In this document: positions 48,801 to 57,635 of the stretch, in pieces
How the letters are laid out: each line of letters starts with the position of its first letter
Position numbering within the stretch: the first letter of the stretch is position 1
Assembly: GCA_000503835.1 (NCBI GenBank)
Contig: CP006914.1
Coordinates: 465,680 to 529,679 of the forward strand
Length of the DNA: 64,000 nt
Direction: 5' to 3'
Source of the DNA: a candidate division WWE3 bacterium RAAC2_WWE3_1
GTDB taxonomy: Bacteria; Patescibacteriota; WWE3; UBA101185; UBA10185
Translations under genes and position numbers: made by a program
The notes under the pieces: model-generated
What the model saw: the letters and a program-made list of their open reading frames with translations, nothing else
The model's database searches: none
Told to the model about the DNA's origin: nothing

Positions 48801-51800
48801 CAAACGAATTTCTGGAAACAGTGCTCAACCGGACTTCGTCGAGAGATCCTTCAAAATATCCCTGTCCGGAGGACTTGTTTGTTGATCCATAATTTGAGCC
48901 TAATAGTAAGTCAAGCTGATTATCAGGTAAGGTTAAAGAAGTGCTAAGAGTATTGGTTGTGGTTGTACCTGTAGAAAGATCTCTTATTTTTAAAGACATT
49001 TGGCTTCCGTTATATGTTGCTGAAATGTGATACTTGTCGGAAGAATCCCAGCTGGAACGTGTGGATGAAACTATTTTGTTATTACCGTATGACCAGACCA
49101 TCGCATCTGTATTAGCCGTCAGGCCTGTAGCAGCTACGAGCTTTCCTTTGTAAACCTGCATGGCGTTAACGAACTCAATAGCTGCGGTCCAGCCAAAGTT
49201 CGTACCGTCTCCACCGGCTCTGAGCCATCTGCTTCCGTTATATTTCCAGACTTCACCGTCCCCTGCCGTATCCCCCAGTGAAGCATAAAGCTCCCCATTG
49301 TAAACTGTCATACTTCTAACTTTTTCATAAGCGGAGTCCCACCCCAGAATACTCGGGGACTCGCCTGCACCATCACCGCCTACTTGACTCCAGGCGGAAC
49401 CATCATATTTCCAGACTTCTGCCATCCCTGTACCGAGCCCAAGCCCCGCATACAAATCACCTTTGTAAACAGCAAGAGATTCGACGGTATTATAACCGGC
49501 ACCCCAAGCCGTACTGTCTCTTAATTTCGACCACACACTTCCGTTGTATACCCATATGTCGGCATCATCCGCTCCAGAACCAAGTCCTACCGTCAACTGA
49601 CCGTTATAAATGGTCATTGCCGTAACTGAATTCTGACCGCTTGTCCAACCTAAAGCTCCCTCCGCAGCAGCGTTTCCGTTGGCAATGGAGGACCATCCGG
49701 AAGTTTCGTTATATCTCCAGACTTCTCCATCACCGGCTCCTGTTCCCAAGCCTGCATACAAATAATCCTCATATGACATTAGAACGTTTACTTGTTCAAA
49801 CCCGCTTGCCCAGCCACCCGCAGCGTCGCCTGCGATAATATCCCAATCGTCGGTTCCATTGTACCGCCATACTTCGGCATCACCGGCGGTTGCTCCTAAA
49901 CCAGCATACAGTTTTCCGTTGTACCCCTCCATTGAGTGGACGTATTCGTGTTCTTCTGTTCCAGAAGACCAACTCCCGTTAATACCCAAACCACCTACCG
50001 GCACACCGCCCCACGAAATTCCATCGTATTGCCAAACTAGTGCACCGGCCACGTGTGTAGCGGGAGTTACCGTTCTTCCTGTACCTGCATACAAATAATC
50101 ACCAACCTGAACCAGACTTTCAACGCTATTCAATCCGTAATACCCCCAACTTTCGTTTTTATAATTTCCCCCAAGTTTGTTCCACGTACCGCTGTTGTAG
50201 GAATACAACTCCCCGGCGCCGGCGGCCTGATAAAGACCTGTGTACAAAGTACTATCGTAAGTTGAATACACCATACCTCTAACAGTCCTGTACGAAGCGT
50301 TGTTAGCCCAGCCGACTCCATCGCCTCCGATTTTCTCCCACGTTGCGGCGCTGTATTTCCAAACATCTGCGTCCTGAGCATTAATACCCGTTCCGACATA
50401 AATATCGGTTCCGTCCCCGGTTATACTGGAAATTCTGTCATAGACCGCATCTGCCCACCCTAAACCGTTACCACCGATTACTTCCCATGTTGTAGTACAA
50501 CTGGAAACCGCGCACCTATACACATCTGAGTCACTTGTGCCATTACCGAGCCCTGCATAAAGGTAGGTACTTGTCGCGTACAAGGCGTTTACGGCTTCGA
50601 AACTGGTCCCATCCCAACCAAGCGTATCGCCACCGACCTTATCCCAATCGTTTGAACCGTTCCACCTCCACACCTCTGCTTCCCCCGCAGTCACACCCAA
50701 ACCTGCGTACAGGTAAGTGCCGTCATACGCGAAGGAATAAACCGCATCGTAGCCTGCATTCCATCCCCCGAAATAGTTATCTCCACCAACTTTCTCCCAG
50801 ACATCCCCATCCCATCTCCAAACTTCTGCATCTCCGGAGCTATTTCCCAATCCGGCGTATAAATAAGTTCCCGCATAGTACAAAGCGTTTACGGCTTCGT
50901 AAGGGCCGGGAGTGCCTGATGCCCAACCGTACTCGCTGGGACTTGCTCCTGTACCGTCTCCCCCGATTTTTGTCCAGTTCCCACCGTTCCACTTGTATAC
51001 TTCTGCGTCATTATTGTTTATTCCCAAGGCAGCATATAAATTTCCACTGCTGTCAACTTCCAACGCTGTGACTTCTTCATAATAAGTTGTAGACCCCCAG
51101 CCCATGGCATCTCCGCCAATCTTGGACCAGGCCGAACCGTCCCATCTCCATACCTCTGCGTCTGTCTGACCTGACCCCAACCCTACGTAAACTAAATTTT
51201 GGTAATACTCAACGGACGTTACTGCCGACTGACCATTCTGATCCCAACTACTGTTTTTGCTGTCCTGATTTGAGTCTCCTCCAGCTATCTGAGTCCAAGA
51301 CTCCGCATCCGACGAAGAGAGTTCGTAGTTCAACTTTCCGGTCTGGTCGTCGAAATATAGTTTGTAGGAGCCTTTGTCCACGATACCCATCTTTTTACCG
51401 TTAGAGGTGTCGTCTACTGCCGGATCGTAATCGTCCGTAAAGTCGACCCAAGCTTCTATGGAATGTTGTGAAGAAAAATGTAGAGGAGATGAAGGCTCAC
51501 TTGAAGACACCACGACCTGTGTACTGCTCCCATTGAGTTCAAGTTCCCCGTTAAAAAGCCCTCCGGTAGGGTCGAAGGTGCCGTTTTCTACAACCCCATC
51601 TTTGTTGTTTGATGAAGAATCCTCTGCAGTCGCACCACTCGACTCATCAAAATGAAACAAACCTGCCGTATTTGCATCGGACTTATAGTTTCTTACTTTT
51701 AACCTTGCTGAGTTTGCCGAAACCTCTACCAGATCATCATCCGAAAGTGTGTAATCCGAGGGATTATTAAAAGTCCAGCTCTGGGTCACATCTATTTCAT

Positions 51801-51936
51801 CAGCGTAAACGGTTTCGCGGATCAGATTTGGAATTGATAACGGAATTAGAAGTCCCAGAGTCACTGCAACGCAACACCTAAAACAGTGACGTATTTTGTA
51901 AAACGCCTTAGCTAACGAACAGTATTTTTTGGGCAT
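45889..51936 (-). CDS. Giant (2015 aa) secreted/surface protein with LamG/ConA-like lectin domains, ~12 tandem ~50-aa propeller-like repeats and C-terminal fibronectin-III-like domains
   Basis: Signal/anchor N-terminus; repeated motif YAGLG..GDAEVWRW[DN]G..W.K[IV]GGD.; N/S/T/G-rich composition. Its stop lies 3 nt from the ABC ATPase start. Confidence 0.8.
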   Translation of the reverse strand: MPKKYCSLAKAFYKIRHCFRCCVAVTLGLLIPLSIPNLIRETVYADEIDVTQSWTFNNPSDYTLSDDDLVEVSANSARLKVRNYKSDANTAGLFHFDESSGATAEDSSSNNKDGVVENGTFDPTGGLFNGELELNGSSTQVVVSSSEPSSPLHFSSQHSIEAWVDFTDDYDPAVDDTSNGKKMGIVDKGSYKLYFDDQTGKLNYELSSSDAESWTQIAGGDSNQDSKNSSWDQNGQSAVTSVEYYQNLVYVGLGSGQTDAEVWRWDGSAWSKIGGDAMGWGSTTYYEEVTALEVDSSGNLYAALGINNNDAEVYKWNGGNWTKIGGDGTGASPSEYGWASGTPGPYEAVNALYYAGTYLYAGLGNSSGDAEVWRWDGDVWEKVGGDNYFGGWNAGYDAVYSFAYDGTYLYAGLGVTAGEAEVWRWNGSNDWDKVGGDTLGWDGTSFEAVNALYATSTYLYAGLGNGTSDSDVYRCAVSSCTTTWEVIGGNGLGWADAVYDRISSITGDGTDIYVGTGINAQDADVWKYSAATWEKIGGDGVGWANNASYRTVRGMVYSTYDSTLYTGLYQAAGAGELYSYNSGTWNKLGGNYKNESWGYYGLNSVESLVQVGDYLYAGTGRTVTPATHVAGALVWQYDGISWGGVPVGGLGINGSWSSGTEEHEYVHSMEGYNGKLYAGLGATAGDAEVWRYNGTDDWDIIAGDAAGGWASGFEQVNVLMSYEDYLYAGLGTGAGDGEVWRYNETSGWSSIANGNAAAEGALGWTSGQNSVTAMTIYNGQLTVGLGSGADDADIWVYNGSVWSKLRDSTAWGAGYNTVESLAVYKGDLYAGLGLGTGMAEVWKYDGSAWSQVGGDGAGESPSILGWDSAYEKVRSMTVYNGELYASLGDTAGDGEVWKYNGSRWLRAGGDGTNFGWTAAIEFVNAMQVYKGKLVAATGLTANTDAMVWSYGNNKIVSSTRSSWDSSDKYHISATYNGSQMSLKIRDLSTGTTTTNTLSTSLTLPDNQLDLLLGSNYGSTNKSSGQGYFEGSLDEVRLSTVSRNSFVEAPYSTDSQTVSNSTAVFTEDIAWYTGFTPSETPNGGTLTYRLSGDGGISWQYWNGVSWVSSSALNQANTSTDVNDHIIDFPITSAGLKWQAIFTGDGTEQVTLSGVTLSAEPDTSNPNPPTSYTVLDSESGSDLLTSDTWYSHDAPYFSWSGATDVGDAGIDGYCVYFGDDIDAVPCDPGVGTFQEESYFIPQNMVSGTSYYFRIQTKDKAQNVSAVYPDSSPFIYKYDGEGPTLPATVSVSPPGYTAVNEYTFLWPGAGVSMAKDCSSPDVCSGLAGYQYKLGEDGEWSDTTTLTEVVIPDAAYQDGVNYFYLRTIDNALNVSSNSEGVPVVYNVPFYYAGTAPTAPLGLESLPETTALSPSSANLFTFIWDSPEPGGYSGAESDLTYCYTVNVEPSIVDGVDNCTFTAPGITGVGPQAFANLPGRNVFYVSARDGVGNINYGAFITKEFFVSTAAPGIPLNVEIADVSVKSTSSWKLATSWEAPAVGTVAKYEVHRSTDNVTFTRISTIEGGIAHVDTGLEQQNYYYKIRACDNTNNCGAFSSVVSMMPTGRFTEPAALSAEPVVTNITTKKATISWSTNRTSDTKIQYGEGSGDYIDEEPSNSEQVTDHEINLSNLSPGTTYYFVAKWTDEDGNTGISEEYEFKTEPAPTVTDPKASNVSIDTAEIVFTAEGATKVAIYYGETTALGGILELSTSTSKTTYSMLLEGLKDETKYFYKINTFDTEGDEYEGNLLSFQTLPRPRIENVNIVQIKGAAKTSVLVSWTSNTPISSVVTYYPKNSPAAVKDNANVALTSGKHRIVLENLQPQTPYSIIVSGKDRVGNEVSSSVLDFTTATDTRAPYIENLKVESSMSPGDSGTGEKVAQLVISWDTDEPSTAQVEFGDGTGTTYSQKTKEDSSMTYNHVVILSNLVPSRVYHFRAMSTDSAGNEGYSVDTVTITPKATDDALNLVISSLQQVFGFLGDIK

Positions 51937-52042
51937 AGACTACTGTAAAAAATTATAGTTATCGTCGAGATAAAAATCCATAGAGAAAGTAGAAAAAGGT
52001 ACACAACGGGTAAATTTATTTGTATTATGTTGTTTATCCGGC

Positions 52043-53095
52043 GTGATTATGAAAATACAAAAGGAAACACAGAAAAGCTTTAACTGCAACAAAAAAGCCT
52101 ACTTCATTTTTTCCATGGTACTTTTTTTGATGTTTGCACTCGGCGGAATTATGGGAGTATTCGTCTACCCCACTTTTTTCACCGGTGCTAAAGATAAAGA
52201 TGAGTTACAAAATATTACTCAAAAAGGACAACGTCAGGGCGGAAAATATAAATTTATAAACCCTCTTCTTGAATGTGATTACAGCTCTGATCTGGAGTAT
52301 AAAAACATCTACTCGATAGAAAAAAAAGTCAGCGAAATAATTGAAAGACTAGTTGACGGCACGAATGTATCCAGCGTGTCACTGTACTACCGCGATCTTA
52401 ACAACGGACCGTGGTTTGGGATAAACGAAGACGAGAATTACAAACCTGCGAGCCTTCTTAAAGTTCCTGTGTTTATAGCCTATCTGAAAAAAATCGAAAA
52501 TAACCTGGGTCTTTTATCAAGTACGTTAAGCTACAAAGAAAACGAGCTTGAAATGCCGGATCCCGCCGACAATCTTGAAAGTCTGGCTCCGGAAAAAGAA
52601 TACACGCTGGAAAAACTTTTTGAAAGAATGGTAGTCAATTCTGACAATCAGGCCTACACATTACTTGTAAACAGGATAGACACCAAAGAACTTGACCAGG
52701 TTATGCAGGATCTTGGCATGACCGTGCCTGATTCAAACCTAACTGAAAATATCCTGACTGCAAAGTCTTATGCCTCCCTGTTCAGAGTTCTATACAACTC
52801 ATCTTACGTCAGCCGGAGTGCCTCAGAGTATGCACTTACCTTGATGAGCTACGCACGGTTCGACAGCGGAATAACAAAGGATTTACCTGAGGAAATTGCA
52901 ATCTCACACAAATTTGGGCTAAGAAAATCTGAAGATCTGACAGGAGATGTTTATCTCCACGATTGCGGCATTGTGTACTACCCTGAAAAGCCATACCTCA
53001 TTTGCATTATGACCAAAGGAAAAGATTTTGAACAATTGGCGGGCGTAATAAGCACACTATCCAAAAAGATATACGAGGAAATCAAGAAACAATAA
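52043..53095 (+). CDS. Membrane-anchored class A beta-lactamase-like serine hydrolase
   Basis: Motif I SLLK (S-x-x-K), motif II SDN (VVNSDNQA), and motif III present as HKFG instead of KTG. N-terminal TM anchor. Confidence 0.65.
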   Translation: MIMKIQKETQKSFNCNKKAYFIFSMVLFLMFALGGIMGVFVYPTFFTGAKDKDELQNITQKGQRQGGKYKFINPLLECDYSSDLEYKNIYSIEKKVSEIIERLVDGTNVSSVSLYYRDLNNGPWFGINEDENYKPASLLKVPVFIAYLKKIENNLGLLSSTLSYKENELEMPDPADNLESLAPEKEYTLEKLFERMVVNSDNQAYTLLVNRIDTKELDQVMQDLGMTVPDSNLTENILTAKSYASLFRVLYNSSYVSRSASEYALTLMSYARFDSGITKDLPEEIAISHKFGLRKSEDLTGDVYLHDCGIVYYPEKPYLICIMTKGKDFEQLAGVISTLSKKIYEEIKKQ

Positions 53096-53180
53096 TATTT
53101 CCTGCACCACAAAAGGGGTAAAAAAGAAGCAGAGCCCTAAACGAGCCCTGCTTGTGTATCATTCGGGAAAGAGATAAAGA

Positions 53181-53435
53181 TTATCTCTGTTCCATCGGCT
53201 TGGCCATGGAAACTTTAAGGGTTCTTCCTTCGAAGTCCTTTCCGTCCATACCTGAGATTGCCTCTTGAGCTTTCTCTTCGCTTTCGAACTCAACAAAACC
53301 GAAACCTTTGCTCCTTCTTGTTGCTTTATCTTTGATAACAGCTGAGGAAACTACTGTTCCGAACTGTGAAAAAGCCTGAGCTAAGTCCTGGTCATTAGTT
53401 GTGTAAGGTAAGTTACCTACGTATATTCTTGCCAT
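53181..53435 (-). CDS. RRM-type RNA-binding protein
   Basis: RNP-2 IYVGNL and RNP-1 KGFGFVEF; 84 aa. Confidence 0.85.
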   Translation of the reverse strand: MARIYVGNLPYTTNDQDLAQAFSQFGTVVSSAVIKDKATRRSKGFGFVEFESEEKAQEAISGMDGKDFEGRTLKVSMAKPMEQR

Positions 53436-53445
53436 TTGTATTTAA

Positions 53446-53491
53446 ACTACACCACCCTTCATTAAAAAATGCATACAAATGTTCCTGCGAT
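53446..53491 (-). promoter_or_regulatory. 5' leader hairpin of the RRM-protein gene (10-bp perfect inverted repeat CCTTCATTAA/TTAATGAAGG, 25-nt loop)
   Basis: Read from the sequence, immediately upstream of the gene start on the minus strand. Confidence 0.35.
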
Positions 53492-53651
53492 TAATGAAGG
53501 ATACTTACAAGGCAACTTTGGGTAGCCGATAAGATCACAAGCATTAACTGACAGCCGCGGTGTCCTTGACACGCGGTTACGAACTCAGCAATTTTATCAT
53601 ATTTACTGAAAAAATCAAAAATGCCGTAATTACAAGATAAACACCTAAACT

Positions 53652-53680
53652 ATTGACAACATATTAGAAACTGCTAATAT
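53652..53680 (+). promoter_or_regulatory. Putative sigma70 promoter (TTGACA-16-TAATAT) for the arsR-like operon
   Basis: Consensus -35 and a good -10 ~10 nt before the ATG, giving a short or absent leader. Confidence 0.4.
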
Positions 53681-53689
53681 GACTGAGCC

Positions 53690-53959
53690 ATGACAATTGA
53701 TATTTTTTCGGCTATCTCCAACCCGGTAAGAATCAAATTACTTATGTGCCTGTCGGAGAAACCGAAAAGTGTTAATGAACTTATTCAAACGTGCGGGATG
53801 TCCCAATCCGCTGTGTCGCAACACCTGGCAAAATTAAAAAAAGCCGGGATTTTGGATACAAAAAAAGAAGGTAAATTTGTATTTTATAAACTTCTCTACC
53901 CCCGAGCTGCCGAGGTAGCCTTCAAGGTAGATAGTCTTTCGAAAGAAATAGAAAAATGA
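53690..53959 (+). CDS. ArsR/SmtB-family HTH transcriptional regulator
   Basis: Winged HTH: SVNELIQTCGMSQSAVSQHLAKLKKAGIL; 89 aa. Confidence 0.8.
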   Translation: MTIDIFSAISNPVRIKLLMCLSEKPKSVNELIQTCGMSQSAVSQHLAKLKKAGILDTKKEGKFVFYKLLYPRAAEVAFKVDSLSKEIEK

Positions 53960-54576
53960 ATATAGCATATTACAGAAAAAGTAAATTTGATTTTGAGCAA
54001 ACTTTGTCAAATCTTCTAACTAAAGCAAAAGAATTTGACTTTGAAGTAGTTTCTCAAACAAAAATAGGTTCGGAAACAGAACTTATAGTAACGTTGATTA
54101 ATGAAGATCTGATCCAAAAAATACTCAAAGCGGATGCTAATTTGGTCGGACTCATTCCTACTTCTGTTGCCATTTTGAACAAAGGCGGAGCGGTAGTAGT
54201 AGGAACCGGTAACCCCGAACTGATGTCCGGCGTAACACCAAATCACGACGTGCAAAACTACGCAGCGGAGCTCTCAACGAAACTTAAAAACCTTATAAAT
54301 CAGACTACTGGAGCGGGAGAACTTAAGGTACTAAATGTAAAACTCTACTCTACCCACACTTGTCCTTACTGCACTGCAGAAAAAGATTGGCTTGAAAAAA
54401 ACATGATTAAACATGAAACAGTGTATTTGGAAGACTCTCCGAAAGAGGCTGAATACATTGTTAAATCGACCGGACAGATGGGAGTTCCTGTGACAGAAAT
54501 CGTCTACGAGGATAATGAGTCAGAGTTTGTCATAGGTTTCGACAGGAATAAACTGACAACAACACTAATAAAGTGA
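53956..54576 (+). CDS. Two-domain protein: an N-terminal domain of unknown function (possibly DUF302-like) fused to a C-terminal glutaredoxin/NrdH-like thioredoxin-fold domain (CPYC)
   Basis: C-terminal KLYSTHTCPYCTAEKDWL...GQMGVPVTEI is glutaredoxin-like. Overlaps the arsR-like gene by 4 nt. Confidence 0.55.
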   Translation: MNIAYYRKSKFDFEQTLSNLLTKAKEFDFEVVSQTKIGSETELIVTLINEDLIQKILKADANLVGLIPTSVAILNKGGAVVVGTGNPELMSGVTPNHDVQNYAAELSTKLKNLINQTTGAGELKVLNVKLYSTHTCPYCTAEKDWLEKNMIKHETVYLEDSPKEAEYIVKSTGQMGVPVTEIVYEDNESEFVIGFDRNKLTTTLIK

Positions 54577-55059
54577 TTCGATGTAAGGAATTTCCGTGGT
54601 TGATAGATCGTTTGAGTACCTGTGGCAGTGCTCCTTTATATTCTTAAATATCTGCTCCGATCTTTTAATTATAAATAGATCTTTGTCAAGACTCGCCTCA
54701 CTGCCTGTTTTTTCGGGCGGCAGATACTCAACATTCCACACATCGTGATTCCTATCCTTATAACCCAACCTTTTTTTGCTGTAATCATGGGAGGCCTCGT
54801 CCAAAAATATAACATGGTCCTGTTTTTCCAAAATCTCTTTTGTGGTAATTAAAGGAGTGTCGGACATATAGGGGGTCAGTTGATGGTCCACTAAAATCTT
54901 CATCGCGTACCACGCAATCGGGCCGTTTATCTCTTTCTCATACTTTATGCCTGAGGAAGAAATCTGGATATTTTTGTGCTTTCTCAAAAGGAATTTAAGA
55001 TAGGCTTCGGCTAGCCGGGATCTGAAAACATGCCCGTAACTTACAAAATGAATGTTCAT
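54565..55059 (-). CDS. Low-molecular-weight phosphotyrosine phosphatase / ArsC-like protein with Ser in place of the catalytic Cys
   Basis: P-loop position reads VSYGHVFRS where the family consensus is V-C-x-G-N-x-C-R-S; the rest aligns with the LMW-PTP fold. Confidence 0.55.
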   Translation of the reverse strand: MNIHFVSYGHVFRSRLAEAYLKFLLRKHKNIQISSSGIKYEKEINGPIAWYAMKILVDHQLTPYMSDTPLITTKEILEKQDHVIFLDEASHDYSKKRLGYKDRNHDVWNVEYLPPEKTGSEASLDKDLFIIKRSEQIFKNIKEHCHRYSNDLSTTEIPYIESLY

Positions 55060-55092
55060 TATAAATAATTCTAACGCTTTTCCCGCCTAACT

Positions 55093-55902
55093 TTAAATAC
55101 CCAAAAAATTCATTATCAGGTAGCGAACAACCAGCGGTCCCGCTCCCCCGGGGGACATCGAAACCAGGCCAAGATGATCCAGGGACGAGTTTTGATCAAG
55201 ATCTCCTGTGGTTTTGCCGTCTTTTATTGTGGACCCGAAGTCCACAACGTCGCAACCTGCCGGGATGTCCTCTCCTCTTACTAATTCCGGAATTCCGGCT
55301 GACAAGAGCAATAGGTCGGCTTCTATTTTTTGACCTGTCCGATAATCATCTATAACAGTAATCCGGTAATTTTTTGACTTTAAATAATGGGCCGCAGGCT
55401 TCCCGACAAGATATCCCTCTCCTATTACTACGGCTTTTAGGGACGTTGCGATCGGATTTTTGCCTGTTTCAGAGATAAAAAGTTCCAAGGCTCTAATTAC
55501 AGGCAGTATTTTGTGGGGACGCCCGGCGTAAAAAGCCTCCATTGAGAATGGCGAGATGGCATCTATATCTTTTTCCGCGGGGATAAGCCTCAAACAGGGA
55601 TCGAGAGACGGGCGCGGTAACGGTAGCTGGATAATCCCCCCGGCAGTGTTTGGACTCGATAACACCCCGAAAACTTTTTTGAAAATGTCCCCGTCTTTAA
55701 GCCTTGCATCAATCCTGTATATACCGCACTTTATACCCTTACTGTCGCAATATTTCTTTTTTATAGATATATATTTCTCGGAAGCTTCGTTGTCCCCTAT
55801 TAATATTATTGCCAACTCCCCTGCTACCGGATCCCCGGATAGATGTTCCAATATTTGGGCGTCCAGAATTGTTGCTTTATCCCTGCCGTTAAAAATGTTC
55901 AC
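55093..55902 (-). CDS. folD: Bifunctional methylenetetrahydrofolate dehydrogenase / methenyl-THF cyclohydrolase
   Basis: ILIGDNEASEKYISIKKK, and GKPAAHYL / SPGGAGPLVV Rossmann and active-site motifs. Confidence 0.85.
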   Translation of the reverse strand: MNIFNGRDKATILDAQILEHLSGDPVAGELAIILIGDNEASEKYISIKKKYCDSKGIKCGIYRIDARLKDGDIFKKVFGVLSSPNTAGGIIQLPLPRPSLDPCLRLIPAEKDIDAISPFSMEAFYAGRPHKILPVIRALELFISETGKNPIATSLKAVVIGEGYLVGKPAAHYLKSKNYRITVIDDYRTGQKIEADLLLLSAGIPELVRGEDIPAGCDVVDFGSTIKDGKTTGDLDQNSSLDHLGLVSMSPGGAGPLVVRYLIMNFLGI

Positions 55903-56236
55903 ACGGAAATATTATCACAAAGGCACAGAGAAACGATGAAAATAAAACAAAAAAACCCGGCTAAAATTAAGCAGGGTTTAAATAATTCCTGCCCGGTGTG
56001 TCGGGCCGCTGAGACGGATCCCCGTTTATAGAAAAGTGGGCATTTGGAGCGGAAACTTTCGAATCCGTTACCGCGTAACCCTCTTTCACGAGAGTCGTAG
56101 AGGAAATCTATGACTCTCAGCTTAAACGATCACACTAGGCTTAAAACGATATCTCACGATATCTATGTATAGATTAGCATTTATGGAAAACAAGTCAAAG
56201 GAAAGGTGCCGGACAAAATGCCTTTAAATAGGCGGA

Positions 56237-56872
56237 TCAGGCTGTCAGACCAAGTAATTTGGTTAATATACCAACAACCGGCAATACAATTTTTTGGAAC
56301 GAATCGGTAAAGATGAACACGACCAGGATTATTATCCCGTACGGCTGCATTTGATACCACTGGATGGCTAAATTGTTAGGCAATAAACCGCCTACAATCT
56401 TAAAACCATCTAAGGGATGGAAAGGCATCAGGTTAAAGACACCCAGCATTAGATTGTAAAAAACCAAAAGATACAATGCTCCCCCAACCATAGAGCCGGA
56501 GCTTACGAATTTCAGGATGACCGCCGCGAGCACTGCGAGAATAAAATTAGATCCCGGTCCTGCCAAGGCAATTAGCGCGGAATCTCTCTTCGGGTATTTT
56601 AAGTTTCCCGGGTTAAAAGGAACCGGTCTTCCCCACCCAAATCCTGCTACTACAAGAAGAAGCATTCCAAGGGGGTCGACGTGTGCCCGGGGGTTCAAAG
56701 TAACTCTACCCAACTGCCTGGCAGTGGGGTCTCCGAGCTTATCCGACACCCAAGCGTGCGCGAACTCATGGACCGAAAGTGACACCACTAAAGCAATTAG
56801 TACTACTGCGAAAATAACGGGACTTTGAGCAAGTAGATCCAGCATGTTGGAAATTATACCATTGGGGTTCAA
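56237..56872 (-). CDS. M50-family (site-2 protease-like) membrane metalloprotease
   Basis: HEFAHAW HExxH motif in a TM helix, a downstream LNPRAHVDPLG, and NLMPFHPLDG. Confidence 0.7.
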   Translation of the reverse strand: MNPNGIISNMLDLLAQSPVIFAVVLIALVVSLSVHEFAHAWVSDKLGDPTARQLGRVTLNPRAHVDPLGMLLLVVAGFGWGRPVPFNPGNLKYPKRDSALIALAGPGSNFILAVLAAVILKFVSSGSMVGGALYLLVFYNLMLGVFNLMPFHPLDGFKIVGGLLPNNLAIQWYQMQPYGIIILVVFIFTDSFQKIVLPVVGILTKLLGLTA

Positions 56873-56985
56873 TAAAATTTACCCGCCCCTCTTACTTGTA
56901 CTATAGGTTGACTTATCAGGGTTGCAGGCTTATAATGCACAGAGCAAATCGGCTAATCACACTATTCTCACAATTCGGAGGAGAA

Positions 56986-57576
56986 ATGAAACAAACTACA
57001 ATCTTAGTCCTGTTTTTTGTTTTTTTGTTGGTCGCAACGGCAGTTCTTACATACGATACTTTCGTTCCGTATGTTGTTGAATCGGCACCGCAAAAACGGT
57101 ACGAAACACCGGCATACAGAGCGGTCGTAGAAATAGTCGGTAGCGCTTCCAACAGCGACGGATCGGATTTTAAGTTATCCCTAAGCACCTACAGCACCGG
57201 GATTTCTCAAGAATCGGCAGTTTTGTTAACAAACGCTTTAGGCAGCATCGGGCAGGAAGAATACCTTCAAAGAGGCTTTATTCTTTCCCGTACAGCATCC
57301 AGGCAGGTAGTAAATATGCACGTACCGCTTGTTGCAGCTCTTCCTGAAGCAGGAGACGCCGCACTGTTAAAAATTTACAATGACGGGTGCGCGCAACTGT
57401 CTTTTCAAGGTGGATTACCGATAGACCGTGCAGACCGCAAGTACACTGTTTGCAACTCTATTTGCAGCTGTGCTCTGACGGAAACCAGGTCATCCAAGCT
57501 ATCCATGAACCCTGTCGGTAGAGCATTTTCAAGCATGCTTGATAACTTATTCGGCAGTCCGATTTCTTTCCCTTAG
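56986..57576 (+). CDS. Membrane-anchored hypothetical protein with a Cys-rich C-terminus
   Basis: Internal Met (MKQTTILVLFFVFLLVATAV) preceded by GGAGGAG; track ORF 56896..57576. Confidence 0.5.
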   Translation: MKQTTILVLFFVFLLVATAVLTYDTFVPYVVESAPQKRYETPAYRAVVEIVGSASNSDGSDFKLSLSTYSTGISQESAVLLTNALGSIGQEEYLQRGFILSRTASRQVVNMHVPLVAALPEAGDAALLKIYNDGCAQLSFQGGLPIDRADRKYTVCNSICSCALTETRSSKLSMNPVGRAFSSMLDNLFGSPISFP

Positions 57577-57635
57577 TGGAAAGGCCCCCAACTCTTACAT
57601 CATTGGGGGCCTTTTTTTGGCTGTACCTCAGCTAA

